Under the pieces are notes generated by a model. That model was not told where the DNA came from. It worked only from the letters and a program-made list of their open reading frames with translations, and searched no databases. The position numbers and the translations under genes were made by a program. Of a DNA stretch of 64,000 nucleotides, positions 25,054 to 40,200 are shown piece after piece. Positions within the stretch are counted from its first letter, which is position 1. The number at the start of each line of letters is the position of its first letter. Origin of the DNA: the human T2T-CHM13v2.0 reference genome, Homo sapiens; NCBI RefSeq assembly GCF_009914755.1, contig NC_060939.1, one strand, 5' to 3'.

Positions 25054-28000
25054 CACCGTAGGCCTCAAAGCGCTCCAAATGTCCACTTCCACATACTACA
25101 AAAAGAGTGTTTCAAACCTGCTCTATGATAGGGAATGTTGAAACCTATGAGTTGAATGCAAGCATTACAAAGAGGTTTCTGAGAATGCTTCTGTCTAGAT
25201 TTTATATGTAGATATTCCCGTTTCCAACGAAATCCTCAAAGCTATCCAAATATCAACTTGCAGATTCTACAAAAGGAATGTTTCCAAAATGCTGTATCCA
25301 AACAAAGGTTCAACTCTGTGAATTGAGGGCATACATCACAAAGAAGATTCTGAGAATGCTTCTGTCTAGATTTTATATGAAAATATTCCCGTTTCCAACG
25401 AAATCCTCAAAGCTATCCAAATATCCACTTGCAAATGCCACAAAAAGAGTGTTTCCAAACTGCTCTGTGAAAATGAAGGTTCAACTCTGTTAGTTGAGTA
25501 CACACATCACAAAGAGGTTTCTGAGAATGCTGCTGACTAGTTTTTATTTGAAGATATTTCCCTTTTCACCTTAGGCCTAAGAGTGCTCGAAATGTCCATT
25601 TCCACATACTCCACAAAGTGTGTTTCAAACGTGCTGTATGAAAGGGAATGTTCAACTCTATGAGTTGAATGCAAACATCACAAAGAAGATTCTGAGAATG
25701 CTTTTGTCTAGATTTTATATGAAGATATTCCCGTGTCCAACGAAATTTTCAAAGGTCTCCAAATATCCATTTGTAGATTCTACAAAAAGAGTGTTTCCAA
25801 ACTGCTGTATCAAAACAAAGGTTGAACTCTGTGAGTTGAGGACACACATCACAAATAAGTTTCTGAGAATGCTTCTGTCTAGTTTTTATTTGAAGATGTT
25901 TCCTTTTTCACCATAGGCCTGAAAGCGCTCGAAATGTCCACTTCCAGATAGTACAGAAAGAGTGTTTCAAACCTGCTCTATGAACGGGAATGTTCAGCTC
26001 TGTGAGTTGAATGCAAACATCACAAAGCAGGTTCTGAGAATGCTTCCGTCTAGATTTTAAATGAGGATATTCCCGTTTCCAACGAAATCCTCGAAGCTAT
26101 CCAAATATCCACTTGCAGATTCCACAAAAAGAGTGTTTCAAAACTGCTCTGTCAAAAGATAGGTTCAACTCTGTTAGTTGAGTACACACATGGCAAACAA
26201 GATTGCGAGAATGCTTTCGTCTAGTTTTTTTGGGAAGATATTTCCTTCTTCACCATAGGCCTCAAAGCGCTCCAAATATCCATTTCCACATGCTATACAA
26301 AGAGTGTCTCAAACCTGCTGTATGAATGGGAATGTTCAACTCTATGAGTTGAATGCAAACATCACAAAGAAGTTTCTGAGAATGCTGCTGTCTAGATTTT
26401 ATATGAAGGTTTTCCCGCTTCCAACGAAATTTTCAATGCTCTCAAAATATCCTCTTGTAGATTCTACAAAAAGAGTGTTTCCAAACTGCTGTATCAAAAC
26501 AAAGGTTCATCTCTGTTAGTTGAGGACACACATCACAAATAAGTTTCTGAGAATGCTTCTGTCTAGTTCTTATTTGAAGACATTTCCTTTCTCACCTTAG
26601 GCCTGAAAGCGCTCGAAATACCCACTTCCAGATACTACAGAAACAGTGATTCAAACCTGCTCTATGAAAGGGAATGTTCAACTAGGTGACTTGAATGCAA
26701 ACATCACAAAGCAGTTTCTGAGAATGCTGCTGTCTACTTTCTATTTGTAATCCCGTTTCCAACGAAATCCTCAGAACTATCGAAATTTCCAATTGCAGAT
26801 TCCACAGAAACAGGGTTTCAAAGCTGCTCTGTAAAAAGAAAGGTTCAACTCTGTTAGTTGAATACACACGTCACAAACAAGTTTCTGAGAATGCTTCTGT
26901 CTAGTTTTTATGGGAAGATATTTCCTTTTTCACCGTAGGCCTCAAAGCGCTCCAAATGTCCACGTCCACATACTACAAAAAGAGTGTTTCAAACCTGCTG
27001 TATGAAAGGGAATGTTCAACTCTATGAGTTGAATGCAAACATTACAAAGAAGTTTCTGAGAATGCTTCTGTCTAGATTTTATATGAAGGTTTTCCCGTTT
27101 CCAACGAAATTTTCAATGCTCTCAAAATATCCACTTGTAGATTCTACAAAAAGAGTGTTTCCAAACTGCTGTGTCAAAAGAAAGGTTCAACTCTGTTAGT
27201 TGAGGACACACATCACAAATAAGTTTCTGAGAATGCTTCTGTCTAGTTCTTATTTGAAGACATTTCCTTTCTCACCTTAGGCCTGAAAACGCTCGAAATA
27301 TCCACTTCCAGATACGACAGAAACAGTGATTCAAACCTGCTCTATGAAAGGGAATGTTCAACTAGGTGACTTGAATGCAAACATCACAAAGCAGTTTCTG
27401 AGAATGCTGCTGTCTACTTTCTATTTGTAATCCCGTTTCCAACGAAATCCTCAGAACTATCGAAATTTCCAATTGCAGATTCCACAGAAACAGGGTTTCA
27501 AAGCTGCTCTGTAAAAAGAAAGGTTCAACTCTGTTAGTTGAATACACACGTCACAAACAAGTTTCTGAGAATGCTTCTGTCTAGTTTTTATGGGAAGATA
27601 TTTCCTTTTTCACCGTAGGCCTCAAAGCGCTCCAAATGTCCACGTCCACATACTAAAAAAAGAGTGTTTCAAACCTGCTGTATGAAAGGGAATGTTCAAC
27701 TCTATGAGTTGAATGCAAACATTACAAAGAAGTTTCTGAGAATGCTTCTGTCTAGATTTTATATGAAGGTTTTCCCTTTTCCAACGAAATTTTCAATGCT
27801 CTCAAAATATCCACTTGTAGATTCTACAAAAAGAGTGTTTCCAAACTGCTGTGTCAAAAGAAAGGTTCAACTCTGTTAGTTGAGGACACACATCACAAAT
27901 AAGTTTCTGAGAATGCTTCTGTCTAGTTCTTATTTGAAGACATTTCCTTTCTCACCTTAGGCCTGAAAACGCTCGAAATATCCACTTCCAGATACGACAG

Positions 28001-28290
28001 AAACAGTGATTCAAACCTGCTCTATGAAAGGGAATGTTCAACTAGGTGACTTGAATGCAAACATCACAAAGCAGTTTCTGAGAATGCTGCTGTCTACTTT
28101 CTATTTGTAATCCCGTTTCCAACGAAATCCTCAGAACTATCGAAATTTCCAATTGCAGATTCCACAAAAAGCGTGTTTCAAAGCTGCTCTGTAAAAAGAA
28201 AGGTTCAACTCTGTTAGTTGAATACACACGTCACAAACAAGTTTCTGAGAATGCTTCTGTCTAGTTTTTATGGGAAGATATTTCCTTTTT
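25054..28290 (-). repeat. 19-mer HOR variant, type II, U10
   Basis: 3237-bp spacing. G>T at 27777. Confidence 0.92.
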
Positions 28291-31200
28291 CACCGTAGGC
28301 CTCAAAGCGCTCCAAATGTCCACTTCCACATACTACAAAAAGAGTGTTTCAAACCTGCTCTATGATAGGGAATGTTGAAACCTATGAGTTGAATGCAAGC
28401 ATTACAAAGAGGTTTCTGAGAATGCTTCTGTCTAGATTTTATATGTAGATATTCCCGTTTCCAACGAAATCCTCAAAGCTATCCAAATATCAACTTGCAG
28501 ATTCTACAAAAGGAATGTTTCCAAAATGCTGTATCCAAACAAAGGTTCAACTCTGTGAATTGAGGGCATACATCACAAAGAAGATTCTGAGAATGCTTCT
28601 GTCTAGATTTTATATGAAAATATTCCCGTTTCCAACGAAATCCTCAAAGCTATCCAAATATCCACTTGCAAATGCCACAAAAAGAGTGTTTCCAAACTGC
28701 TCTGTGAAAAGGAAGGTTCAACTCTGTTAGTTGAGTACACACATCACAAAGAGGTTTCTGAGAATGCTGCTGACTAGTTTTTATTTGAAGATATTTCCCT
28801 TTTCACCTTAGGCCTAAGAGTGCTCGAAATGTCCATTTCCACATACTCCACAAAGTGTGTTTCAAACGTGCTGTATGAAAGGGAATGTTCAACTCTATGA
28901 GTTGAATGCAAACATCACAAAGAAGACTCTGAGAATGCTTTTGTCTAGATTTTATATGAAGATATTCCCGTGTCCAACGAAATTTTCAAAGGTCTCCAAA
29001 TATCCATTTGTAGATTCTACAAAAAGAGTGTTTCCAAACTGCTGTATCAAAACAAAGGTTGAACTCTGTGAGTTGAGGACACACATCACAAATAAGTTTC
29101 TGAGAATGCTTCTGTCTAGTTTTTATTTGAAGATGTTTCCTTTTTCACCATAGGCCTGAAAGCGCTCGAAATGTCCACTTCCAGATAGTACAGAAAGAGT
29201 GTTTCAAACCTGCTCTATGAACGGGAATGTTCAGCTCTGTGAGTTGAATGCAAACATCACAAAGCAGGTTCTGAGAATGCTTCCGTCTAGATTTTAAATG
29301 AGGATATTCCCGTTTCCAACGAAATCCTCGAAGCTATCCAAATATCCACTTGCAGATTCCACAAAAAGAGTGTTTCAAAACTGCTCTGTCAAAAGATAGG
29401 TTCAACTCTGTTAGTTGAGTACACACATGGCAAACAAGATTCCGAGAATGCTTTCGTCTAGTTTTTTTGGGAAGATATTTCCTTCTTCACCATAGGCCTC
29501 AAAGCGCTCCAAATATCCATTTCCACATGCTATACAAAGAGTGTCTCAAACCTGCTGTATGAATGGGAATGTTCAACTCTATGAGTTGAATGCAAACATC
29601 ACAAAGAAGTTTCTGAGAATGCTGCTGTCTAGATTTTATATGAAGGTTTTCCCGCTTCCAACGAAATTTTCAATGCTCTCAAAATATCCTCTTGTAGATT
29701 CTACAAAAAGAGTGTTTCCAAACTGCTGTATCAAAACAAAGGTTCATCTCTGTTAGTTGAGGACACACATCACAAATAAGTTTCTGAGAATGCTTCTGTC
29801 TAGTTCTTATTTGAAGACATTTCCTTTCTCACCTTAGGCCTGAAAGCGCTCGAAATACCCACTTCCAGATACTACAGAAACAGTGATTCAAACCTGCTCT
29901 ATGAAAGGGAATGTTCAACTAGGTGACTTGAATGCAAACATCACAAAGCAGTTTCTGAGAATGCTGCTGTCTACTTTCTATTTGTAATCCCGTTTCCAAC
30001 GAAATCCTCAGAACTATCGAAATTTCCAATTGCAGATTCCACAGAAACAGGGTTTCAAAGCTGCTCTGTAAAAAGAAAGGTTCAACTCTGTTAGTTGAAT
30101 ACACACGTCACAAACAAGTTTCTGAGAATGCTTCTGTCTAGTTTTTATGGGAAGATATTTCCTTTTTCACCGTAGGCCTCAAAGCGCTCCAAATGTCCAC
30201 TTCCACATACTACAAAAAGAGTGTTTCAAACCTGCTGTATGAAAGGGAATGTTCAACTCTATGAGTTGAATGCAAACATTACAAAGAAGTTTCTGAGAAT
30301 GCTTCTGTCTAGATTTTATATGAAGGTTTTCCCGTTTCCAACGAAATTTTCAATGCTCTCAAAATATCCACTTGTAGATTCTACAAAAAGAGTGTTTCCA
30401 AACTGCTGTGTCAAAAGAAAGGTTCAACTCTGTTAGTTGAGGACACACATCACAAATAAGTTTCTGAGAATGCTTCTGTCTAGTTCTTATTTGAAGACAT
30501 TTCCTTTCTCACCTTAGTCTTGAAAACGCTCGAAATATCCACTTCCAGATACGACAGAAACAGTGATTCAAACCTGCTCTATGAAAGGGAATGTTCAACT
30601 AGGTGACTTGAATGCAAACATCACAAAGCAGTTTCTGAGAATGCTGCTGTCTACTTTCTATTTGTAATCCCGTTTCCAACGAAATCCTCAGAACTATCGA
30701 AATTTCCAATTGCAGATTCCACAAAAAGCGTGTTTCAAAGCTGCTCTGTAAAAAGAAAGGTTCAACTCTGTTAGTTGAATACACACGTCACAAACAAGTT
30801 TCTGAGAATGCTTCTGTCTAGTTTTTATGGGAAGATATTTCCTTTTTCACCGTAGGCCTCAAAGCGCTCCAAATGTCCACTTCCACATACTACAAAAAGA
30901 GTGTTTCAAACCTGCTCTATGATAGGGAATGTTGAAACCTATGAGTTGAATGCAAGCATTACAAAGAGGTTTCTGAGAATGCTTCTGTCTAGATTTTATA
31001 TGTAGATATTCCCGTTTCCAACGAAATCCTCAAAGCTATCCAAATATCAACTTGCAGATTCTACAAAAGGAATGTTTCCAAAATGCTGTATCCAAACAAA
31101 GGTTCAACTCTGTGAATTGAGGGCATACATCACAAAGAAGATTCTGAGAATGCTTCTGTCTAGATTTTATATGAAAATATTCCCGTTTCCAACGAAATCC

Positions 31201-34200
31201 TCAAAGCTATCCAAATATCCACTTGCAAATGCCACAAAAAGAGTGTTTCCAAACTGCTCTGTGAAAATGAAGGTTCAACTCTGTTAGTTGAGTACACACA
31301 TCACAAAGAGGTTTCTGAGAATGCTGCTGACTAGTTTTTATTTGAAGATATTTCCCTTTTCACCTTAGGCCTAAGAGTGCTCGAAATGTCCATTTCCACA
31401 TACTCCACAAAGTGTGTTTCAAACGTGCTGTATGAAAGGGAATGTTCAACTCTATGAGTTGAATGCAAACATCACAAAGAAGATTCTGAGAATGCTTTTG
31501 TCTAGATTTTATATGAAGATATTCCCGTGTCCAACGAAATTTTCAAAGGTCTCCAAATATCCATTTGTAGATTCTACAAAAAGAGTGTTTCCAAACTGCT
31601 GTATCAAAACAAAGGTTGAACTCTGTGAGTTGAGGACACACATCACAAATAAGTTTCTGAGAATGCTTCTGTCTAGTTTTTATTTGAAGATGTTTCCTTT
31701 TTCACCATAGGCCTGAAAGCGCTCGAAATGTCCACTTCCAGATAGTACAGAAAGAGTGTTTCAAACCTGCTCTATGAACGGGAATGTTCAGCTCTGTGAG
31801 TTGAATGCAAACATCACAAAGCAGGTTCTGAGAATGCTTCCGTCTAGATTTTAAATGAGGATATTCCCGTTTCCAACGAAATCCTCGAAGCTATCCAAAT
31901 ATCCACTTGCAGATTCCACAAAAAGAGTGTTTCAAAACTGCTCTGTCAAAAGATAGGTTCAACTCTGTTAGTTGAGTACACACATGGCAAACAAGATTGC
32001 GAGAATGCTTTCGTCTAGTTTTTTTGGGAAGATATTTCCTTCTTCACCATAGGCCTCAAAGCGCTCCAAATATCCATTTCCACATGCTATACAAAGAGTG
32101 TCTCAAACCTGCTGTATGAATGGGAATGTTCAACTCTATGAGTTGAATGCAAACATCACAAAGAAGTTTCTGAGAATGCTGCTGTCTAGATTTTATATGA
32201 AGGTTTTCCCGCTTCCAACGAAATTTTCAATGCTCTCAAAATATCCTCTTGTAGATTCTACAAAAAGAGTGTTTCCAAACTGCTGTATCAAAACAAAGGT
32301 TCATCTCTGTTAGTTGAGGACACACATCACAAATAAGTTTCTGAGAATGCTTCTGTCTAGTTCTTATTTGAAGACATTTCCTTTCTCACCTTAGGCCTGA
32401 AAGCGCTCGAAATACCCACTTCCAGATACTACAGAAACAGTGATTCAAACCTGCTCTATGAAAGGGAATGTTCAACTAGGTGACTTGAATGCAAACATCA
32501 CAAAGCAGTTTCTGAGAATGCTGCTGTCTACTTTCTATTTGTAATCCCGTTTCCAACGAAATCCTCAGAACTATCGAAATTTCCAATTGCAGATTCCACA
32601 GAAACAGGGTTTCAAAGCTGCTCTGTAAAAAGAAAGGTTCAACTCTGTTAGTTGAATACACACGTCACAAACAAGTTTCTGAGAATGCTTCTGTCTAGTT
32701 TTTATGGGAAGATATTTCCTTTTTCACCGTAGGCCTCAAAGCGCTCCAAATGTCCACGTCCACATACTACAAAAAGAGTGTTTCAAACCTGCTGTATGAA
32801 AGGGAATGTTCAACTCTATGAGTTGAATGCAAACATTACAAAGAAGTTTCTGAGAATGCTTCTGTCTAGATTTTATATGAAGGTTTTCCCGTTTCCAACG
32901 AAATTTTCAATGCTCTCAAAATATCCACTTGTAGATTCTACAAAAAGAGTGTTTCCAAACTGCTGTGTCAAAAGAAAGGTTCAACTCTGTTAGTTGAGGA
33001 CACACATCACAAATAAGTTTCTGAGAATGCTTCTGTCTAGTTCTTATTTGAAGACATTTCCTTTCTCACCTTAGGCCTGAAAACGCTCGAAATATCCACT
33101 TCCAGATACGACAGAAACAGTGATTCAAACCTGCTCTATGAAAGGGAATGTTCAACTAGGTGACTTGAATGCAAACATCACAAAGCAGTTTCTGAGAATG
33201 CTGCTGTCTACTTTCTATTTGTAATGCCGTTTCCAACGAAATCCTCAGAACTATCGAAATTTCCAATTGCAGATTCCACAAAAAGCGTGTTTCAAAGCTG
33301 CTCTGTAAAAAGAAAGGTTCAACTCTGTTAGTTGAATACACATGTCACAAACAAGTTTCTGAGAATGCTTCTGTCTAGTTTTTATGGGAAGATATTTCCT
33401 TTTTCACCGTAGGCCTCAAAGCGCTCCAAATGTCCACTTCCACATACTACAAAAAGAGTGTTTCAAACCTGCTCTATGATAGGGAATGTTGAAACCTATG
33501 AGTTGAATGCAAGCATTACAAAGAGGTTTCTGAGAATGCTTCTGTCTAGATTTTATATGTAGATATTCCCGTTTCCAACGAAATCCTCAAAGCTATCCAA
33601 ATATCAACTTGCAGATTCTACAAAAGGAATGTTTCCAAAATGCTGTATCCAAACAAAGGTTCAACTCTGTGAATTGAGGGCATACATCACAAAGAAGATT
33701 CTGAGAATGCTTCTGTCTAGATTTTATATGAAAATATTCCCGTTTCCAACGAAATCCTCAAAGCTATCCAAATATCCACTTGCAAATGCCACAAAAAGAG
33801 TGTTTCCAAACTGCTCTGTGAAAAGGAAGGTTCAACTCTGTTAGTTGAGTACACACATCACAAAGAGGTTTCTGAGAATGCTGCTGACTAGTTTTTATTT
33901 GAAGATATTTCCCTTTTCACCTTAGGCCTAAGAGTGCTCGAAATGTCCATTTCCACATACTCCACAAAGTGTGTTTCAAACGTGCTGTATGAAAGGGAAT
34001 GTTCAACTCTATCAGTTGAATGCAAACATCACAAAGAAGACTCTGAGAATGCTTTTGTCTAGATTTTATATGAAGATATTCCCGTGTCCAACGAAATTTT
34101 CAAAGGTCTCCAAATATCCATTTGTAGATTCTACAAAAAGAGTGTTTCCAAACTGCTGTATCAAAACAAAGGTTGAACTCTGTGAGTTGAGGACACACAT

Positions 34201-37200
34201 CACAAATAAGTTTCTGAGAATGCTTCTGTCTAGTTTTTATTTGAAGATGTTTCCTTTTTCACCATAGGCCTGAAAGCGCTCGAAATGTCCACTTCCAGAT
34301 AGTACAGAAAGAGTGTTTCAAACCTGCTCTATGAACGGGAATGTTCAGCTCTGTGAGTTGAATGCAAACATCACAAAGCAGGTTCTGAGAATGCTTCCGT
34401 CTAGATTTTAAATGAGGATATTCCCGTTTCCAACGAAATCCTCGAAGCTATCCAAATATCCACTTGCAGATTCCACAAAAAGAGTGTTTCAAAACTGCTC
34501 TGTCAAAAGATAGGTTCAACTCTGTTAGTTGAGTACACACATGGCAAACAAGATTGCGAGAATGCTTTCGTCTAGTTTTTTTGGGAAGATATTTCCTTCT
34601 TCACCATAGGCCTCAAAGCGCTCCAAATATCCATTTCCACATGCTATACAAAGAGTGTCTCAAACCTGCTGTATGAATGGGAATGTTCAACTCTATGAGT
34701 TGAATGCAAACATCACAAAGAAGTTTCTGAGAATGCTGCTGTCTAGATTTTATATGAAGGTTTTCCCGCTTCCAACGAAATTTTCAATGCTCTCAAAATA
34801 TCCTCTTGTAGATTCTACAAAAAGAGTGTTTCCAAACTGCTGTATCAAAACAAAGGTTCATCTCTGTTAGTTGAGGACACACATCACAAATAAGTTTCTG
34901 AGAATGCTTCTGTCTAGTTCTTATTTGAAGACATTTCCTTTCTCACCTTAGGCCTGAAAGCGCTCGAAATACCCACTTCCAGATACTACAGAAACAGTGA
35001 TTCAAACCTGCTCTATGAAAGGGAATGTTCAACTAGGTGACTTGAATGCAAACATCACAAAGCAGTTTCTGAGAATGCTGCTGTCTACTTTCTATTTGTA
35101 ATCCCGTTTCCAACGAAATCCTCAGAACTATCGAAATTTCCAATTGCAGATTCCACAGAAACAGGGTTTCAAAGCTGCTCTGTAAAAAGAAAGGTTCAAC
35201 TCTGTTAGTTGAATACACACGTCACAAACAAGTTTCTGAGAATGCTTCTGTCTAGTTTTTATGGGAAGATATTTCCTTTTTCACCGTAGGCCTCAAAGCG
35301 CTCCAAATGTCCACGTCCACATACTAAAAAAAGAGTGTTTCAAACCTGCTGTATGAAAGGGAATGTTCAACTCTATGAGTTGAATGCAAACATTACAAAG
35401 AAGTTTCTGAGAATGCTTCTGTCTAGATTTTATATGAAGGTTTTCCCGTTTCCAACGAAATTTTCAATGCTCTCAAAATATCCACTTGTAGATTCTACAA
35501 AAAGAGTGTTTCCAAACTGCTGTGTCAAAAGAAAGGTTCAACTCTGTTAGTTGAGGACACACATCACAAATAAGTTTCTGAGAATGCTTCTGTCTAGTTC
35601 TTATTTGAAGACATTTCCTTTCTCACCTTAGGCCTGAAAACGCTCGAAATATCCACTTCCAGATACGACAGAAACAGTGATTCAAACCTGCTCTATGAAA
35701 GGGAATGTTCAACTAGGTGACTTGAATGCAAACATCACAAAGCAGTTTCTGAGAATGCTGCTGTCTACTTTCTATTTGTAATCCCGTTTCCAACGAAATC
35801 CTCAGAACTATCGAAATTTCCAATTGCAGATTCCACAAAAAGCGTGTTTCAAAGCTGCTCTGTAAAAAGAAAGGTTCAACTCTGTTAGTTGAATACACAC
35901 GTCACAAACAAGTTTCTGAGAATGCTTCTGTCTAGTTTTTATGGGAAGATATTTCCTTTTTCACCGTAGGCCTCAAAGCGCTCCAAATGTCCACTTCCAC
36001 ATACTACAAAAAGAGTGTTTCAAACCTGCTCTATGATAGGGAATGTTGAAACCTATGAGTTGAATGCAAGCATTACAAAGAGGTTTCTGAGAATGCTTCT
36101 GTCTAGATTTTATATGTAGATATTCCCGTTTCCAACGAAATCCTCAAAGCTATCCAAATATCAGCTTGCAGATTCTGCAAAAGGAATGTTTCCAAAATGC
36201 TGTATCCAAACAAAGGTTCAACTCTGTGAATTGAGGGCATACATCACAAAGAAGATTCTGAGAATGCTTCTGTCTAGATTTTATATGAAAATATTCCCGT
36301 TTCCAACGAAATCCTCAAAGCTATCCAAATATCCACTTGCAAATGCCACAAAAAGAGTGTTTCCAAACTGCTCTGTGAAAAGGAAGGTTCAACTCTGTTA
36401 GTTGAGTACACACATCACAAAGAGGTTTCTGAGAATGCTGCTGACTAGTTTTTATTTGAAGATATTTCCCTTTTCACCTTAGGCCTAAGAGTGCTCGAAA
36501 TGTCCATTTCCACATACTCCACAAAGTGTGTTTCAAACGTGCTGTATGAAAGGGAATGTTCAACTCTATGAGTTGAATGCAAACATCACAAAGAAGATTC
36601 TGAGAATGCTTTTGTCTAGATTTTATATGAAGATATTCCCGTGTCCAACGAAATTTTCAAAGGTCTCCAAATATCCATTTGTAGATTCTACAAAAAGAGT
36701 GTTTCCAAACTGCTGTATCAAAACAAAGGTTGAACTCTGTGAGTTGAGGACACACATCACAAATAAGTTTCTGAGAATGCTTCTGTCTAGTTTTTATTTG
36801 AAGATGTTTCCTTTTTCACCATAGGCCTGAAAGCGCTCGAAATGTCCACTTCCAGATAGTACAGAAAGAGTGTTTCAAACCTGCTCTATGAACGGGAATG
36901 TTCAGCTCTGTGAGTTGAATGCAAACATCACAAAGCAGGTTCTGAGAATGCTTCCGTCTAGATTTTAAATGAGGATATTCCCGTTTCCAACGAAATCCTC
37001 GAAGCTATCCAAATATCCACTTGCAGATTCCACAAAAAGAGTGTTTCAAAACTGCTCTGTCAAAAGATAGGTTCAACTCTGTTAGTTGAGTACACACATG
37101 GCAAACAAGATTGCGAGAATGCTTTCGTCTAGTTTTTTTGGGAAGATATTTCCTTCTTCACCATAGGCCTCAAAGCGCTCCAAATATCCATTTCCACATG

Positions 37201-40200
37201 CTATACAAAGAGTGTCTCAAACCTGCTGTATGAATGGGAATGTTCAACTCTATGAGTTGAATGCAAACATCACAAAGAAGTTTCTGAGAATGCTGCTGTC
37301 TAGATTTTATATGAAGGTTTTCCCGCTTCCAACGAAATTTTCAATGCTCTCAAAATATCCTCTTGTAGATTCTACAAAAAGAGTGTTTCCAAACTGCTGT
37401 ATCAAAACAAAGGTTCATCTCTGTTAGTTGAGGACACACATCACAAATAAGTTTCTGAGAATGCTTCTGTCTAGTTCTTATTTGAAGACATTTCCTTTCT
37501 CACCTTAGGCCTGAAAGCGCTCGAAATACCCACTTCCAGATACTACAGAAACAGTGATTCAAACCTGCTCTATGAAAGGGAATGTTCAACTAGGTGACTT
37601 GAATGCAAACATCACAAAGCAGTTTCTGAGAATGCTGCTGTCTACTTTCTATTTGTAATCCCGTTTCCAACGAAATCCTCAGAACTATCGAAATTTCCAA
37701 TTGCAGATTCCACAGAAACAGGGTTTCAAAGCTGCTCTGTAAAAAGAAAGGTTCAACTCTGTTAGTTGAATACACACGTCACAAACAAGTTTCTGAGAAT
37801 GCTTCTGTCTAGTTTTTATGGGAAGATATTTCCTTTTTCACCGTAGGCCTCAAAGCGCTCCAAATGTCCACGTCCACATACTACAAAAAGAGTGTTTCAA
37901 ACCTGCTGTATGAAAGGGAATGTTCAACTCTATGAGTTGAATGCAAACATTACAAAGAAGTTTCTGAGAATGCTTCTGTCTAGATTTTATATGAAGGTTT
38001 TCCCGTTTCCAACGAAATTTTCAATGCTCTCAAAATATCCACTTGTAGATTCTACAAAAAGAGTGTTTCCAAACTGCTGTGTCAAAAGAAAGGTTCAACT
38101 CTGTTAGTTGAGGACACACATCACAAATAAGTTTCTGAGAATGCTTCTGTCTAGTTCTTATTTGAAGACATTTCCTTTCTCACCTTAGGCCTGAAAACGC
38201 TCGAAATATCCACTTCCAGATACGACAGAAACAGTGATTCAAACCTGCTCTATGAAAGGGAATGTTCAACTAGGTGACTTGAATGCAAACATCACAAAGC
38301 AGTTTCTGAGAATGCTGCTGTCTACTTTCTATTTGTAATGCCGTTTCCAACGAAATCCTCAGAACTATCGAAATTTCCAATTGCAGATTCCACAAAAAGC
38401 GTGTTTCAAAGCTGCTCTGTAAAAAGAAAGGTTCAACTCTGTTAGTTGAATACACATGTCACAAACAAGTTTCTGAGAATGCTTCTGTCTAGTTTTTATG
38501 GGAAGATATTTCCTTTTTCACCGTAGGCCTCAAAGCGCTCCAAATGTCCACTTCCACATACTACAAAAAGAGTGTTTCAAACCTGCTCTATGATAGGGAA
38601 TGTTGAAACCTATGAGTTGAATGCAAGCATTACAAAGAGGTTTCTGAGAATGCTTCTGTCTAGATTTTATATGTAGATATTCCCGTTTCCAACGAAATCC
38701 TCAAAGCTATCCAAATATCAACTTGCAGATTCTACAAAAGGAATGTTTCCAAAATGCTGTATCCAAACAAAGGTTCAACTCTGTGAATTGAGGGCATACA
38801 TCACAAAGAAGATTCTGAGAATGCTTCTGTCTAGATTTTATATGAAAATATTCCCGTTTCCAACGAAATCCTCAAAGCTATCCAAATATCCACTTGCAAA
38901 TGCCACAAAAAGAGTGTTTCCAAACTGCTCTGTGAAAAGGAAGGTTCAACTCTGTTAGTTGAGTACACACATCACAAAGAGGTTTCTGAGAATGCTGCTG
39001 ACTAGTTTTTATTTGAAGATATTTCCCTTTTCACCTTAGGCCTAAGAGTGCTCGAAATGTCCATTTCCACATACTCCACAAAGTGTGTTTCAAACGTGCT
39101 GTATGAAAGGGAATGTTCAACTCTATCAGTTGAATGCAAACATCACAAAGAAGACTCTGAGAATGCTTTTGTCTAGATTTTATATGAAGATATTCCCGTG
39201 TCCAACGAAATTTTCAAAGGTCTCCAAATATCCATTTGTAGATTCTACAAAAAGAGTGTTTCCAAACTGCTGTATCAAAACAAAGGTTGAACTCTGTGAG
39301 TTGAGGACACACATCACAAATAAGTTTCTGAGAATGCTTCTGTCTAGTTTTTATTTGAAGATGTTTCCTTTTTCACCATAGGCCTGAAAGCGCTCGAAAT
39401 GTCCACTTCCAGATAGTACAGAAAGAGTGTTTCAAACCTGCTCTATGAACGGGAATGTTCAGCTCTGTGAGTTGAATGCAAACATCACAAAGCAGGTTCT
39501 GAGAATGCTTCCGTCTAGATTTTAAATGAGGATATTCCCGTTTCCAACGAAATCCTCGAAGCTATCCAAATATCCACTTGCAGATTCCACAAAAAGAGTG
39601 TTTCAAAACTGCTCTGTCAAAAGATAGGTTCAACTCTGTTAGTTGAGTACACACATGGCAAACAAGATTGCGAGAATGCTTTCGTCTAGTTTTTTTGGGA
39701 AGATATTTCCTTCTTCACCATAGGCCTCAAAGCGCTCCAAATATCCATTTCCACATGCTATACAAAGAGTGTCTCAAACCTGCTGTATGAATGGGAATGT
39801 TCAACTCTATGAGTTGAATGCAAACATCACAAAGAAGTTTCTGAGAATGCTGCTGTCTAGATTTTATATGAAGGTTTTCCCGCTTCCAACGAAATTTTCA
39901 ATGCTCTCAAAATATCCTCTTGTAGATTCTACAAAAAGAGTGTTTCCAAACTGCTGTATCAAAACAAAGGTTCATCTCTGTTAGTTGAGGACACACATCA
40001 CAAATAAGTTTCTGAGAATGCTTCTGTCTAGTTCTTATTTGAAGACATTTCCTTTCTCACCTTAGGCCTGAAAGCGCTCGAAATACCCACTTCCAGATAC
40101 TACAGAAACAGTGATTCAAACCTGCTCTATGAAAGGGAATGTTCAACTAGGTGACTTGAATGCAAACATCACAAAGCAGTTTCTGAGAATGCTGCTGTCT

